Shown here piece after piece: positions 17,462 to 26,247 of a stretch of DNA of 64,000 nucleotides. Position 1 is the first letter of the stretch. Every line of letters begins with the position of its first letter. Source of the stretch: a plasmid. The stretch lies in the NCBI RefSeq assembly GCF_054482525.1, contig NZ_JBTHVG010000004.1; one strand, 5' to 3'. The translations under genes were made by a program, and so were the position numbers. Under the pieces are notes generated by a model. That model was given only the letters and a program-made list of their open reading frames with translations. It was not told the origin of the DNA and did not search any database.

Positions 17462-18553
17462 TCATTTATCAATGGGTGTTATTACCACCGGTAGTTTGTT
17501 TACGTCTTCTAAATTAACTGGTACCGGAGGTAACCATATTAATCTAGGTTTACGCTCATGGGCTAGTTCTGGTTTCTTACTTCCTGTCCAGTATGTATGC
17601 CAGTGTCCCCGGCGTATATGAGGACGTTTGCTACCTATTGTTGTCCGCTCTTTCCCTGTGGGTTCTGCTTGGCGATATTGCCGTATGGCTTGCCCCATTC
17701 GAATACCAACGTCCCACTCCCGAATGTTTTGTGCTGGTAGTTCATGGTGAGTGTGAACATGCTTTTTGTGCTTTTCTGACCGTTTAAATTGATTTTTTTC
17801 TTTTATATCATTGATCTGTGAACAGATATAAAGCACCATTGATATCTGTGCGTTAAGAAGATTAAACTCCCTGTCTCTGAAATCTTTGAGCTTTTCGTTA
17901 ACTGTTACGACGACTTCACCATCGATACACTCCATCTTTCTGGAGTCAAGAAGTCCTTCACGAGAGTCCTTTATTCTGATGATATTATTGACGACGTCAA
18001 CATCCTTTTCTTTTAGCCCTGTAGTTCCTTGACTTTGTTTCAGATCATCAATAATGAAAAGCCGGATAATATTTCCATTATTGTCCAAAAATGGATAAAA
18101 GAAAAATCCATGTATCGGATAGGACGTAGGAAGTATAGTATGCAGATTTTCGGCTGAAACATAGATACTCCATGAAGGGAGTTCCTTGAGGATCTGTGCA
18201 GGAATGTTATCAACATAGGTGTTAGCCACATCACTGATGATGTCCTCGCTTAGGCGATAAATTTTCTTTGTATAGCGCCAGTATATAAAACACAAAATAC
18301 TGTGTGGTGACGATAATTCGTTTCCATGAAATAAAGATTCTAGTTTAGAAGCCAGTTCTTCATTTTTTTGTTGGCTCTGGAGACGACTCATTAGTATGCG
18401 TTCTTCATCTTTTCTGTCGATAAATAATAATGGATTGTCGCTGCGTTTTTTATTTCGGCATGCAAAGATTTGCTCTTCAAGCCCAGGGATTGTGTTGATG
18501 ACTTTTTTTATCTTTTTCAGGAAAATAGGTTGTTTTAACTGCGACATTTCCAT
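17462..18553 (-). CDS. hypothetical protein (363 aa), AT-rich cargo inserted between duplicated pnd leader copies
   Basis: About 33% GC, a clean ORF with no family I can name. The C-terminus carries RPHIRRGHWHTYWTG (an H-hydrophobic-H pattern) and PRLIWLPP. It is divergent from pndA. Confidence 0.6.
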   Translation of the reverse strand: MEMSQLKQPIFLKKIKKVINTIPGLEEQIFACRNKKRSDNPLLFIDRKDEERILMSRLQSQQKNEELASKLESLFHGNELSSPHSILCFIYWRYTKKIYRLSEDIISDVANTYVDNIPAQILKELPSWSIYVSAENLHTILPTSYPIHGFFFYPFLDNNGNIIRLFIIDDLKQSQGTTGLKEKDVDVVNNIIRIKDSREGLLDSRKMECIDGEVVVTVNEKLKDFRDREFNLLNAQISMVLYICSQINDIKEKNQFKRSEKHKKHVHTHHELPAQNIREWDVGIRMGQAIRQYRQAEPTGKERTTIGSKRPHIRRGHWHTYWTGSKKPELAHERKPRLIWLPPVPVNLEDVNKLPVVITPIDK

Positions 18554-18669
18554 CTCCTAAGGGGATTCTTTTATTAACTAAAATCAGCATAACATGCGTT
18601 GTTGTGAAGTAGAGAACCATGTATTGGGTTGGTTGTTAACTTCAAAAACAACGCTGAATCATTCAAATA

Positions 18670-18840
18670 ATAAAAGGATTGTTACAGATACGAAAGTCGT
18701 TAGAATAGCTGCGGGCGCTTGAGGCTGTATGCCGAAAGCGTTTTGTGGACGGTATACAGCAGAAAGCCCCTGGAGATTTTTTTATCAATCAACCAAGGGC
18801 TCTACTGTAATGCCTCAACAACATTATAGTAGCCCGATAA
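18670..18840 (+). repeat. 171-bp direct repeat R2 (the intact pnd leader)
   Basis: Partner of R1; continues into the intact pndC/pndA. Confidence 0.8.
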
Positions 18841-19013
18841 CCGCCGGAAGGCAATGGAGGGGCTATGATGCCACAGCGAACGTTTTTAATGATGTTAATC
18901 GTCGTCTGTGTGACGATTCTGTGTTTTGTCTGGATGGTGAGGGATTCGCTTTGCGGACTCCGGCTCCAGCAGGGAAACACAGTGCTTGTGGCAACGTTAG
19001 CCTACGAAGTTAA
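18810..19013 (+). CDS. pndC: PndC (mok-like overlapping reading frame required for pndA translation)
   Basis: An ORF overlapping pndA in another frame and starting inside the leader, as in hok/mok loci. Confidence 0.45.
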   Translation: MPQQHYSSPITAGRQWRGYDATANVFNDVNRRLCDDSVFCLDGEGFALRTPAPAGKHSACGNVSLRS

Positions 19014-19020
19014 ACGTTAA
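18868..19020 (+). CDS. pndA: PndA, Hok/Gef-family membrane toxin (50 aa)
   Basis: MPQRTFLMMLIVVCVTILCFVWMVRDSLCGLRLQQGNTVLVATLAYEVKR is essentially the R64/R483 PndA sequence. Confidence 0.88.
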   Translation: MPQRTFLMMLIVVCVTILCFVWMVRDSLCGLRLQQGNTVLVATLAYEVKR

Positions 19021-19091
19021 CGGGCAACACGGCGGCAGGTTTTCTGCCGCCGCTTTGTTGCGAAGGCTGACCTCATTGCGCCCTTTCTTCT

Positions 19092-19343
19092 TCAATGAAG
19101 CGTATCTGGTATTGTTTCATTTTCCCTGAAGCCGATTAGCTCCAGCCGAATGCCTTTGCCATCGGGGGCCACGTTCTGCATTTCGCAGATACCACGTCGG
19201 GTCATGAGTGTGAAGGCTGTCATTGCCAGCATGGCTAACGCGTTTTCCTCGCTTCCGCTGCGTTTCTCGAGAGCATCGGCAATTTCTTCTATGCTCCCCA
19301 CCTGAAAGCAAGAGTCGAATTCTTTACTCCACTTTTCTGACAT
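19092..19343 (-). CDS. hypothetical protein (83 aa)
   Basis: Weak GAGAG ribosome-binding site; no recognisable motif. Confidence 0.35.
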   Translation of the reverse strand: MSEKWSKEFDSCFQVGSIEEIADALEKRSGSEENALAMLAMTAFTLMTRRGICEMQNVAPDGKGIRLELIGFRENETIPDTLH

Positions 19344-19495
19344 CGGATTTTCTCTCTGTATTTATGGGTAGTTATCGAACTGAATGTGCCAGTTTTTTCA
19401 GGAGACGGCAAAGTTGAGATGATTGGTTCTGATTCAAAGCATGAGTTTCCCCGGTGTGACGGGCATGTCGGGCGGATTTTGAGAAACAACAGATG

Positions 19496-19528
19496 TAAAA
19501 AAACCGACTGGTGAGGTCGGTTTTTTTA
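19496..19528. terminator. bidirectional rho-independent terminator
   Basis: aaaaaaaccgac-tggtga-ggtcggttttttt. Confidence 0.6.
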
Positions 19529-19551
19529 CTGTTCCGTTACAGAGTGGGTGG

Positions 19552-19773
19552 CTCTGGTCGGAAAAGAACTGTCTATAACTGACTTGTAGATAGTACGTCT
19601 GGAATTATATTTCTGCAAGTACTGGATAAGTGTATACTCGGCATGTCAGCTCTGAGGCATGTTCTGTCCGACATATTGTTCAGCGGGAAGAACAGGTTGC
19701 AAGTCCTGGCCAAAACATCAGGTGGTGCTGGTTTTGGTGCTCTGGTCGGAGAAGAACTGTCTATAACTGACAC
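19552..19773 (+). repeat. two 32-bp direct repeats (19552..19583 and 19742..19773) in the leader of a small-ORF region
   Basis: ctctggtcggaaaagaactgtctataactgac versus ctctggtcggagaagaactgtctataactgac. Confidence 0.7.
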
Positions 19774-19830
19774 TATAGAAACCGTTGTGACAGGCAGTGT
19801 AAGAGCGAACAACGGGGTTCTTTCTCCAGT

Positions 19831-19938
19831 GATGGAGAAGCGGATGATTAATCTGTTAATCATCGTTCTCAGGGCAGTAGTTGCCGTTGCAAACGCGCTG
19901 ATTGCTGTTCTGGAACTGATCCGGGAACTTATCGACTG
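19831..19938 (+). CDS. possible small hydrophobic peptide (35 aa, or 31 aa from the second ATG)
   Basis: MEKRMINLLIIVLRAVVAVANALIAVLELIRELID is a single transmembrane helix. It is followed by the hairpin gggcaggga...tcctgccc at 19960..19989. The ribosome-binding site is weak. Confidence 0.25.
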
Positions 19939-20003
19939 ATAAGCCTGGAAACGTAACTAAGGGCAGGGAGTTACCGCTTCCTGCCCTTTAACAAAAAGAG
20001 ATC

Positions 20004-20180
20004 TCACGTTAAAAATTTGTACCCTTCTTTAACTTCCAGTGCCTGCTCCTTTGACTCAAACATCAGTCTTGTTTTCCCGGGAACACCCCATGAAATGTAT
20101 TCAACATCTATCCACCATTTTCCATATTCTTCATATGGCTCGGATATTACTTTTTTGACAAAGGCGTCTACCAGATTCAT
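20004..20180 (-). CDS. hypothetical small protein (58 aa)
   Basis: AAAGGAAAAAACA-ATG ribosome-binding site. MNLVDAFVKKVISEPYEEYGKWWIDVEYISWGVPGK... Confidence 0.4.
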   Translation of the reverse strand: MNLVDAFVKKVISEPYEEYGKWWIDVEYISWGVPGKTRLMFESKEQALEVKEGYKFLT

Positions 20181-20571
20181 TGTTTTTTCCTTTTTGTGTT
20201 GAAAATAATTAATGCCAGAGCACAGCGAAAATAATGAATGCGCTGGCTGTGATAATTGCGATTTTCTCCCATATGATATTTTTCTCATGGGGGTTTCTAC
20301 GGAGATTATTTCTTCGCATTGAGATACCGGTATTCATGTTTTATCTTGGATTTTTGTTTTGTTGTCTGTCTGGCAGGCTGTTCTGCGCCCGTTTGTGACA
20401 AGGTTAGCTTATGGGGTTAAATGGTCACGGACATCATGCGGACGGTTCCCTGTCACATGCCATCTGGTTTTTTCATTCAAATTGAGAGATATTGCTAAGT
20501 TGAGTCGCTTGCGATAGTGGACTCCTGTTTGCAAGTGAGTGCCATTGTTTATTTCATGAAGAGGATTGATT

Positions 20572-20781
20572 ATGAGCATGCCTCCTGCGATAGCTAATAC
20601 TTTCTTGTTTGAAATGATGAAGAGTAAATCAAAAGACGTTACACTTGCTGCGATCTATGCATTAGGTGAAGGCCGGTGTCAGGCGGAGAACATTACTCGT
20701 GAATTACATAGATTGAGTCAAAGTGATGATATGGAAATAAAAATTGCTGCGATTAAAGCACTTGGTCGAATTTATCGGTAA
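20572..20781 (+). CDS. hypothetical small protein (69 aa) with a HEAT/PBS-lyase-like repeat
   Basis: AAIYALGEG...AAIKALGRI repeat pattern; modest ribosome-binding site. Confidence 0.3.
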   Translation: MSMPPAIANTFLFEMMKSKSKDVTLAAIYALGEGRCQAENITRELHRLSQSDDMEIKIAAIKALGRIYR

Positions 20782-20852
20782 CGGCATAAGTTATCTGTTG
20801 TAATGAACAAAAGCCGGCTCATTTGAACCGGCTGTTATGGAGGGAGCTTATC

Positions 20853-21515
20853 TTAAAATACTTCGGCTACAGGTATGCCTGCAATCTGCTCCCACTCCTT
20901 ACGCTTTTCCTGAATCAGGCGAGGAAAGTCGACAGGGTAATCATATCCTCGACTTGCCATCGCGTGCATGGTGTTTGATGCGGTTTCTGGATGAGTACAC
21001 CATGATGGAATAGGAACCATTGGCAGGTTGATGTATTTCGTATGAATTTCCAGTGTTTTGTCGTCTGTTACAGTACGAGTGAAATTATGAATGTCAAAAC
21101 CGATAACATCCATAATGTTGCCTGGATAAATACGGACATACAACATTGTGCCATTTTTAAGGTCAATACCGAAATAAGCTCCCTGAGTTAAAGATAATCC
21201 TTCATACCCCTTCTCTGGAGAGTAGAAGCCTGACTCTTTTATTGTTTGTACAACTTTTCTTATTTTTTCTCTCCTTGTTTTTGCACGTGAGTACATCCAT
21301 ATGCCTGGCGCAAGTAATAAGAACCAACTACCAAAAGTGACAACATAATCTTCGACCTTATTTCCGAAATAACGATCAGAACATAGCATTTCGGTAAAGC
21401 CTAATGCGCAGAACAGAAAAAAAGGTATTCCAAGAAAGAAATAAGCTTTTCTTAATACATAATAAAATAGCCACCAGGTTGGAAATCTGTCTGTTGTTTC
21501 TTTTTTAGCTTTCAT
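20853..21515 (-). CDS. excA: ExcA entry-exclusion protein (220 aa, inner membrane)
   Basis: Same length as R64 ExcA and located immediately downstream of traY. It has an N-terminal transmembrane region, and a terminator hairpin lies just past its stop. Confidence 0.8.
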   Translation of the reverse strand: MKAKKETTDRFPTWWLFYYVLRKAYFFLGIPFFLFCALGFTEMLCSDRYFGNKVEDYVVTFGSWFLLLAPGIWMYSRAKTRREKIRKVVQTIKESGFYSPEKGYEGLSLTQGAYFGIDLKNGTMLYVRIYPGNIMDVIGFDIHNFTRTVTDDKTLEIHTKYINLPMVPIPSWCTHPETASNTMHAMASRGYDYPVDFPRLIQEKRKEWEQIAGIPVAEVF

Positions 21516-21585
21516 ATAATGCCTCCCCTCGTACTATCTATTATTTTAATGCCGATGGGGAGGTTGTGCAATATTTATATTGATA

Positions 21586-23823
21586 TTATCCTTTTATTCC
21601 GTCCTTGTCGTCACTTCCTTTTGTATTATCTTTAAGACGATCTGTTTTCATTCCAGGAGTATGTCGGATATTGCGACTTCCTCCAATAAATATTTCTTTA
21701 ACAGAATTTGCCATGCTGCCAAGCGTGTTGGCTCCATCACGTCCCCCTAGGAAGTTAATAACATGATCAGGTAGGTAGGCCTGAAGGGCAAATATGGCAG
21801 CTACAGTGGTTGTACAAATTCTGGCGTATATCAGCAAGAAACCAGCAAGACTGAAAATACCGGTCAGCGAATTGAACTGTACGTTAACCAGGGCAGCGCC
21901 AAATAATGCATTCAGTATTGTGCCTACGGCGATGATGGCTACAGAAGCAAAGAAAAAACCAAAGACCATGATGGGCGGCCTTATCATACTATCAATTAAG
22001 TATATATAACCGTAGGCTGCCCGACTTCCTCTGTCTTCTGATGTCCCGAGATGTGTTGCAGCCCACAGCGGCCCGGCGGTACATCCTATTAATACGCTGA
22101 CTATCCAGTTCCCGATGCCTGTCATCCAGAAAATAAACGGAATGAATGGCAGGTAAATTGATAAGGAAAATCCAGCACAGAACATCAGGAACAAAAGAAA
22201 ATAAACAGGTGGTGCAAGTGCTTCAAACAGCGCGGTAAGCATCGAAGCGGCACCTGTTAGTGAGTTAAAGAATTTTACAAGAATTGAATCTTTGCCACCG
22301 GCAACGACAACTCTGGCCGTTGTATATATAGTCCAGATTCCTTCTGCACTTACCATTGTTATATCTCCGATATTTTTCATTTTTATCAGAGGATTAATTT
22401 GAGCACTGGTTGTGCCTGTGCCACTTGTTTCCGTTGCAATCCTGTTAGTGAGACTAACAAGGGGGCCCATAATTTCAGACAAGGCAGATTTCGGATCTTG
22501 TGCATTTGCCATGCGTTGTTCACTGGATGATACTACTGTGCCCAGCGGTGGCGTATAGGAGGAATTCTGCAGTTGCGTCCTATAGGCACTCATGACCGCA
22601 CTGAATAAGTCAGTATCACCAACTTCTCCCAGTGATGACATTGAAGTTACAGCTGGAGCTCTGTCAGCCAGCTCTGCCAGACGCTGGTTAGCAGTGGCAA
22701 AGGTCTGATACCATGCGCCAAGCGTTACCCACCCGTAGGTTGTGAGATAAGATTTAAGAGCCTCTTTTCTGGATTGCTCTCCGTTATCAGTGGGTAGCGA
22801 TTTTTGCACAGCACGTTCGTATTCGTCGGCTGCTTTCTGAATTCGTGTCTCGATATCCGGCAGTGTTCCGTTGCCAGAATTTCTTTTTTCCAGAAATGTT
22901 GTCACAAACTCACTGGCAGCGTTGTCCATGTCGCTAATCATATTATCCATGGCTGCACGTTGTGCTGAGATAACACCGCTGTATTCGTTTTTACTGAAGG
23001 GATTAAAGAATTTTCCAATCGTCGACTGATCTGTTGTTCCGTTCCCTTCTACTGACAGGCTGGCAGTACCACAGATACCGCTGCCATTGGATATTGTGAC
23101 AGTGTAATTACCACTGGCGGTTTTAGCTGATTCTGTCATCAGTGAAGTCGAGGATTTGGCCGTCTGATTAAAATCATTTAGCCCTGCGTTAACCGCATAC
23201 TTACACAGTTCCATTTCAAAAATGCCACGCGCTGCTGTTCGTGTGGATGCCTGAACTGGCTGTACAGTCATTGAATAACCATTTGCGATATTATCAGCGG
23301 CAACTTGCACCATCACATTGGCGGACCCAACCCCCATTATCGATGCGCCCCATAACATAATGAGCTGAGCGAGACTCCAGCCATTTCCGGTAGGAACGAT
23401 CATCAGAAAACCTGCGACGAAACTCAGTATGCCGACAATATCGCGCCCGACGCTGAATACCTGTCCCTGATGCCCCGAACGCACAACATGGCGGATACTA
23501 ATGAAGATACACCAGACGATAGCAAGTACGGCAATGATATTGTTGAACACCCAGAACATGCTTCCGATCAGGGTGGGGTCGCTGGTTGACAGTGGATTGG
23601 TGACCACATCACCGAATATCGTGACCAGCGCCTGGCGGGACAGATCGTCAGGATTGGTGGCGGCAGACACAATATCCTGATAGGTCACTGAAGCCATTGC
23701 CGGCAGTGAGGATATAGCAAGGCCTGCACAGAGTGCGCGAAGTAAAATTTTCACAGTAACTCCGGAATAGAATTGCGTATGGGCAAAGGCCACACAGGAT
23801 TTAATTAAGGGGGATGGCGACAT
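21586..23823 (-). CDS. traY: TraY (745 aa), polytopic inner-membrane transfer protein and exclusion target
   Basis: The size is identical to R64 TraY, with many transmembrane segments. Confidence 0.85.
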   Translation of the reverse strand: MSPSPLIKSCVAFAHTQFYSGVTVKILLRALCAGLAISSLPAMASVTYQDIVSAATNPDDLSRQALVTIFGDVVTNPLSTSDPTLIGSMFWVFNNIIAVLAIVWCIFISIRHVVRSGHQGQVFSVGRDIVGILSFVAGFLMIVPTGNGWSLAQLIMLWGASIMGVGSANVMVQVAADNIANGYSMTVQPVQASTRTAARGIFEMELCKYAVNAGLNDFNQTAKSSTSLMTESAKTASGNYTVTISNGSGICGTASLSVEGNGTTDQSTIGKFFNPFSKNEYSGVISAQRAAMDNMISDMDNAASEFVTTFLEKRNSGNGTLPDIETRIQKAADEYERAVQKSLPTDNGEQSRKEALKSYLTTYGWVTLGAWYQTFATANQRLAELADRAPAVTSMSSLGEVGDTDLFSAVMSAYRTQLQNSSYTPPLGTVVSSSEQRMANAQDPKSALSEIMGPLVSLTNRIATETSGTGTTSAQINPLIKMKNIGDITMVSAEGIWTIYTTARVVVAGGKDSILVKFFNSLTGAASMLTALFEALAPPVYFLLFLMFCAGFSLSIYLPFIPFIFWMTGIGNWIVSVLIGCTAGPLWAATHLGTSEDRGSRAAYGYIYLIDSMIRPPIMVFGFFFASVAIIAVGTILNALFGAALVNVQFNSLTGIFSLAGFLLIYARICTTTVAAIFALQAYLPDHVINFLGGRDGANTLGSMANSVKEIFIGGSRNIRHTPGMKTDRLKDNTKGSDDKDGIKG

Positions 23824-23850
23824 GCCACTGGTACTGGCATCTGGACGTGA

Positions 23851-24435
23851 TCAGTATTGTTTACTGGTTACGGCAATTAATGTGGCATTGCGCCAGCCAT
23901 TGCGGTCGTTCAGAAAATCACGGAAAGTCCCCTGCTCGGGTTCGCTGACTTTTCGTTCATGCAACTGCCAGAGGCGGTATGTAACAATCAGTGCTCTGGA
24001 AGCACAAAGAGCGACGCCTGACAGTATCAACACAAGAGTGCTGATGGCGCGTACCAGAGTCGTAAGAGGTAATGAAGAGGCGGCAAAGAGCATACCACTG
24101 AGAAACAAAGCGATGGCCAGCAGACTCCAGCAACAGAATCGCCATACTGTTCTGCGCCGGCGGAAACGACGATCCAGATCGTCTACTGACATATGGCTGG
24201 CCTGCAGAGCTTCTTCCCACGTGAGGTGGAGTTGCGCCTTTTTATTATTTACCTGACGAAATCTGTCCAGCCTGCGTTTTTGTTGTTCCAGCATATGCTG
24301 TACAGAATTCGTTATCAGGCGAGTCTCCATCAGCGGAACAAAAATGTTAATAATCCTCCGGGTGGCTATGCGGGTTATGGATGGTGATTTTTTGACGTTT
24401 TTCGTCTGGTCTGAATTTTCCGGTAACTTATTCAT
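23851..24435 (-). CDS. traX: TraX (194 aa)
   Basis: Position and size match the R64 order. Confidence 0.7.
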   Translation of the reverse strand: MNKLPENSDQTKNVKKSPSITRIATRRIINIFVPLMETRLITNSVQHMLEQQKRRLDRFRQVNNKKAQLHLTWEEALQASHMSVDDLDRRFRRRRTVWRFCCWSLLAIALFLSGMLFAASSLPLTTLVRAISTLVLILSGVALCASRALIVTYRLWQLHERKVSEPEQGTFRDFLNDRNGWRNATLIAVTSKQY

Positions 24436-24463
24436 TTTTTCAGTCCTGTTCTGACGTCAGCTT

Positions 24464-25666
24464 TCAACGTGCGTTTGCCTGATTGATTGTTTTCTCAAGG
24501 CTACCGAGTTGTTTTTCATAATACTGGCGGGCAGTCAGAGCCAGTTGCTGGCCAGAGATAACATTACCCTGGCGGATCTGTTCTTTCAGATCGTTCAGCT
24601 GCCAGTTCATTTGCGCAGTGATTCTTACCAGTTCACGGAGCAGGTTATCCCCCTGCATTTCCTGTAAATCCACCAGGTATGCTGTGTTGGCGTAGCGCCG
24701 GCCAGCCTCAAAAGCTTCAAACTCACGGGTACTCATATATCCCCGTGCTTTTGCTTCTGGTGAAGCCACCTGGTCGAAGTAAGCGGCCGCTGAGTCTGAC
24801 TGCAGTGTTTCAGCCAGTGCTTTACGTGTGCTTTCATTAGGCGTGCTGTCAGCAATCAACGTCAGTTGGGGATTCGACGCAGAATCAATGATGCCGTTGT
24901 ATTCGTTCTGGAGTCCGACGTAGGTTCGCCCACTCTGGGTATTCACTTCTCCTTTACCCAGAGCACGACCGGCAGAGGGGCGGGAAGTGTTTTTCATGTA
25001 AGCCGTCGCTGCATCTATTTGCTTCTGATCCCATGTCAGTGCCGCAGGTGTGTCCGCTGTACCTGCGCCGTGGTAAATCGAGCGTACCTGACTGTCTCCA
25101 CCTGGTATTTCGCCCACAGAAGGACAAACGGCGGTTCCTCCAAAACGTGCATATTCTGCTTCTGTACAGTAACTGGCGTGTATGGCCGCGCCATCATAAG
25201 CTTCCCGCACGGGAGAGTTTGCTGCGCTGGCCAGACGGTCGCGGATGCTACGGTTGCTCACACCGCCACCTTTACTGAGTTTTGAGGCTGCGGATGCTGA
25301 GGCACTTTTGCTTTCTGTTGCAATCCCTGATGCGGATTCACTGCAGATGGAGTCTGGCACGGTGAAGCTTTTCCGTGCCTCCTCGAGGCGCTGAGTTTCA
25401 TTACTGAAAATCATCTGCTGACGTGTCGCCTGTCCGTTCTGGGCAATGACACTTGCCAGCTTTTCAGAGTTCTGATTGATAGCGGTACCCGTGGCTGTCT
25501 GGGTACTCAGTATGTCACTCAGCACACCTTTGATGGCCTCCATTCTGGGGACGACCTGCTGTTCAACGGGACGGCTGGCGACGACGGTGACTGAATAAGC
25601 ATGAGCCTGGTATGCCGTTCCATTCAGGATAGCTATAAGGGCTGCGAGTAATGTTTTTCTTTGCAT
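24464..25666 (-). CDS. traW: TraW lipoprotein (400 aa)
   Basis: Signal peptide; size and position match R64. Confidence 0.8.
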   Translation of the reverse strand: MQRKTLLAALIAILNGTAYQAHAYSVTVVASRPVEQQVVPRMEAIKGVLSDILSTQTATGTAINQNSEKLASVIAQNGQATRQQMIFSNETQRLEEARKSFTVPDSICSESASGIATESKSASASAASKLSKGGGVSNRSIRDRLASAANSPVREAYDGAAIHASYCTEAEYARFGGTAVCPSVGEIPGGDSQVRSIYHGAGTADTPAALTWDQKQIDAATAYMKNTSRPSAGRALGKGEVNTQSGRTYVGLQNEYNGIIDSASNPQLTLIADSTPNESTRKALAETLQSDSAAAYFDQVASPEAKARGYMSTREFEAFEAGRRYANTAYLVDLQEMQGDNLLRELVRITAQMNWQLNDLKEQIRQGNVISGQQLALTARQYYEKQLGSLEKTINQANAR

Positions 25667-26247
25667 TTTATTGTCTCCTGCTCGGGGTGGAGCACAAGGT
25701 CAGGAAGGCTGTCGTATTTTCTGTCTTCAGGTAGTGGGGCCAGTGGGAAACACTGATATCGCCTGGTGATATAACCTTTCCTGTTCCGGTTATCGATGAT
25801 GCTGAAAGAACGACGTCTGACGCGCCGTAAGGTGGAAGGGTCAGTATCCATTACAGGCCAGTCACCGGCACTCAGTGCCGGCGTTCCGGGAACGGATGGC
25901 CATAACCAGGTATCATCGGACATCAGCGAAGCCAGCGGTGAAGGGAGTATCCACTGGATGACATGCTGAACGTCGAATGGTGCTTCATCCGGGACAGAAA
26001 CCTGCCATATTGCCGTTGTTATCAGCTCATCTGTGCTGGACGGCAACAACAGCCGCATGCCTGTAACCTTTCCCTGTGTTCTGGCATCCGAGGCGTATAT
26101 CACTCTGGGATTGGGGGCCGGATGTAACCTGAAGACACGTGACGGCAGAGTGAATGAGAAACTGTCACCTTTTACCTCAAGTTTTTTAAGAAATACCTGC
26201 CCTCTGGCAGGTCTCCGGCAGCGTGGGGTGATATGAATTGTACACAT
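25633..26247 (-). CDS. traV: TraV (204 aa)
   Basis: Position and size match R64. Confidence 0.7.
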   Translation of the reverse strand: MCTIHITPRCRRPARGQVFLKKLEVKGDSFSFTLPSRVFRLHPAPNPRVIYASDARTQGKVTGMRLLLPSSTDELITTAIWQVSVPDEAPFDVQHVIQWILPSPLASLMSDDTWLWPSVPGTPALSAGDWPVMDTDPSTLRRVRRRSFSIIDNRNRKGYITRRYQCFPLAPLPEDRKYDSLPDLVLHPEQETIKCKEKHYSQPL

